From assembly GCA_019416395.1 (NCBI GenBank), contig DXXH01000001.1, forward strand, positions 1 to 49,442: 49,442 nucleotides of DNA, written 5' to 3'. The position numbers were made by a program, and so were the translations under genes. The notes under the pieces were generated by a model that was given only the letters and a program-made list of their open reading frames with translations, ran no database searches and was not told the DNA's origin. Source of the stretch: Clostridiales bacterium. GTDB taxonomy: Bacteria; Bacillota; Clostridia; Oscillospirales; Acutalibacteraceae. Numbering within the stretch: position 1 is the stretch's first letter; each line of letters begins with the position of its first letter. Below are positions 49,394 through 49,442 of this stretch, in pieces.

Positions 49394-49442
49394 CAAAGAA
49401 CTTTTACGTCGCGGGGCGTGCGCTGCGCTTACTCACCTGAAA

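Overview
This is a moderately GC-rich chromosomal window from a Clostridia-like Bacillota. A gut Oscillospiraceae/Acutalibacteraceae-type organism is inferred from gene content and style, not proven. It holds about 42 CDS, mostly on the minus strand, and is dominated by core housekeeping genes: guaA, glmS, purC-purB-purA, gdhA, murA-MBL hydrolase-rlmH, yceD-rpmF-DUF512-der-plsY-NUDIX, pgi, a DD-carboxypeptidase, DJ-1/5-formyl-THF cyclo-ligase/mltG/U32, thyX-tmk and leuS. Accessory pieces are a flotillin with an uncharacterised membrane partner, a GNAT, a PTS-EIIC-like (PfoR-like) transporter, an orphan ABC solute-binding protein, a nitroreductase, a polytopic membrane protein, an XRE-cupin/acyl-CoA ligase pair, a GHL10 hydrolase and a BceAB-like ABC transporter. 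I found no rRNA, tRNA, CRISPR array, integrase or transposase. The best candidate for an undescribed system is a tightly coupled cytoplasmic operon of GH29 fucosidase, CutC and a transglutaminase-fold protein whose Cys/His motifs resemble eukaryotic peptide:N-glycanase, which suggests N-glycopeptide catabolism. The second candidate is a highly structured leader RNA of about 240 nt with a switchable terminator in front of the PfoR-like transporter, which I cannot assign to a known riboswitch class. All calls come from reading motifs by eye; no searches were run.
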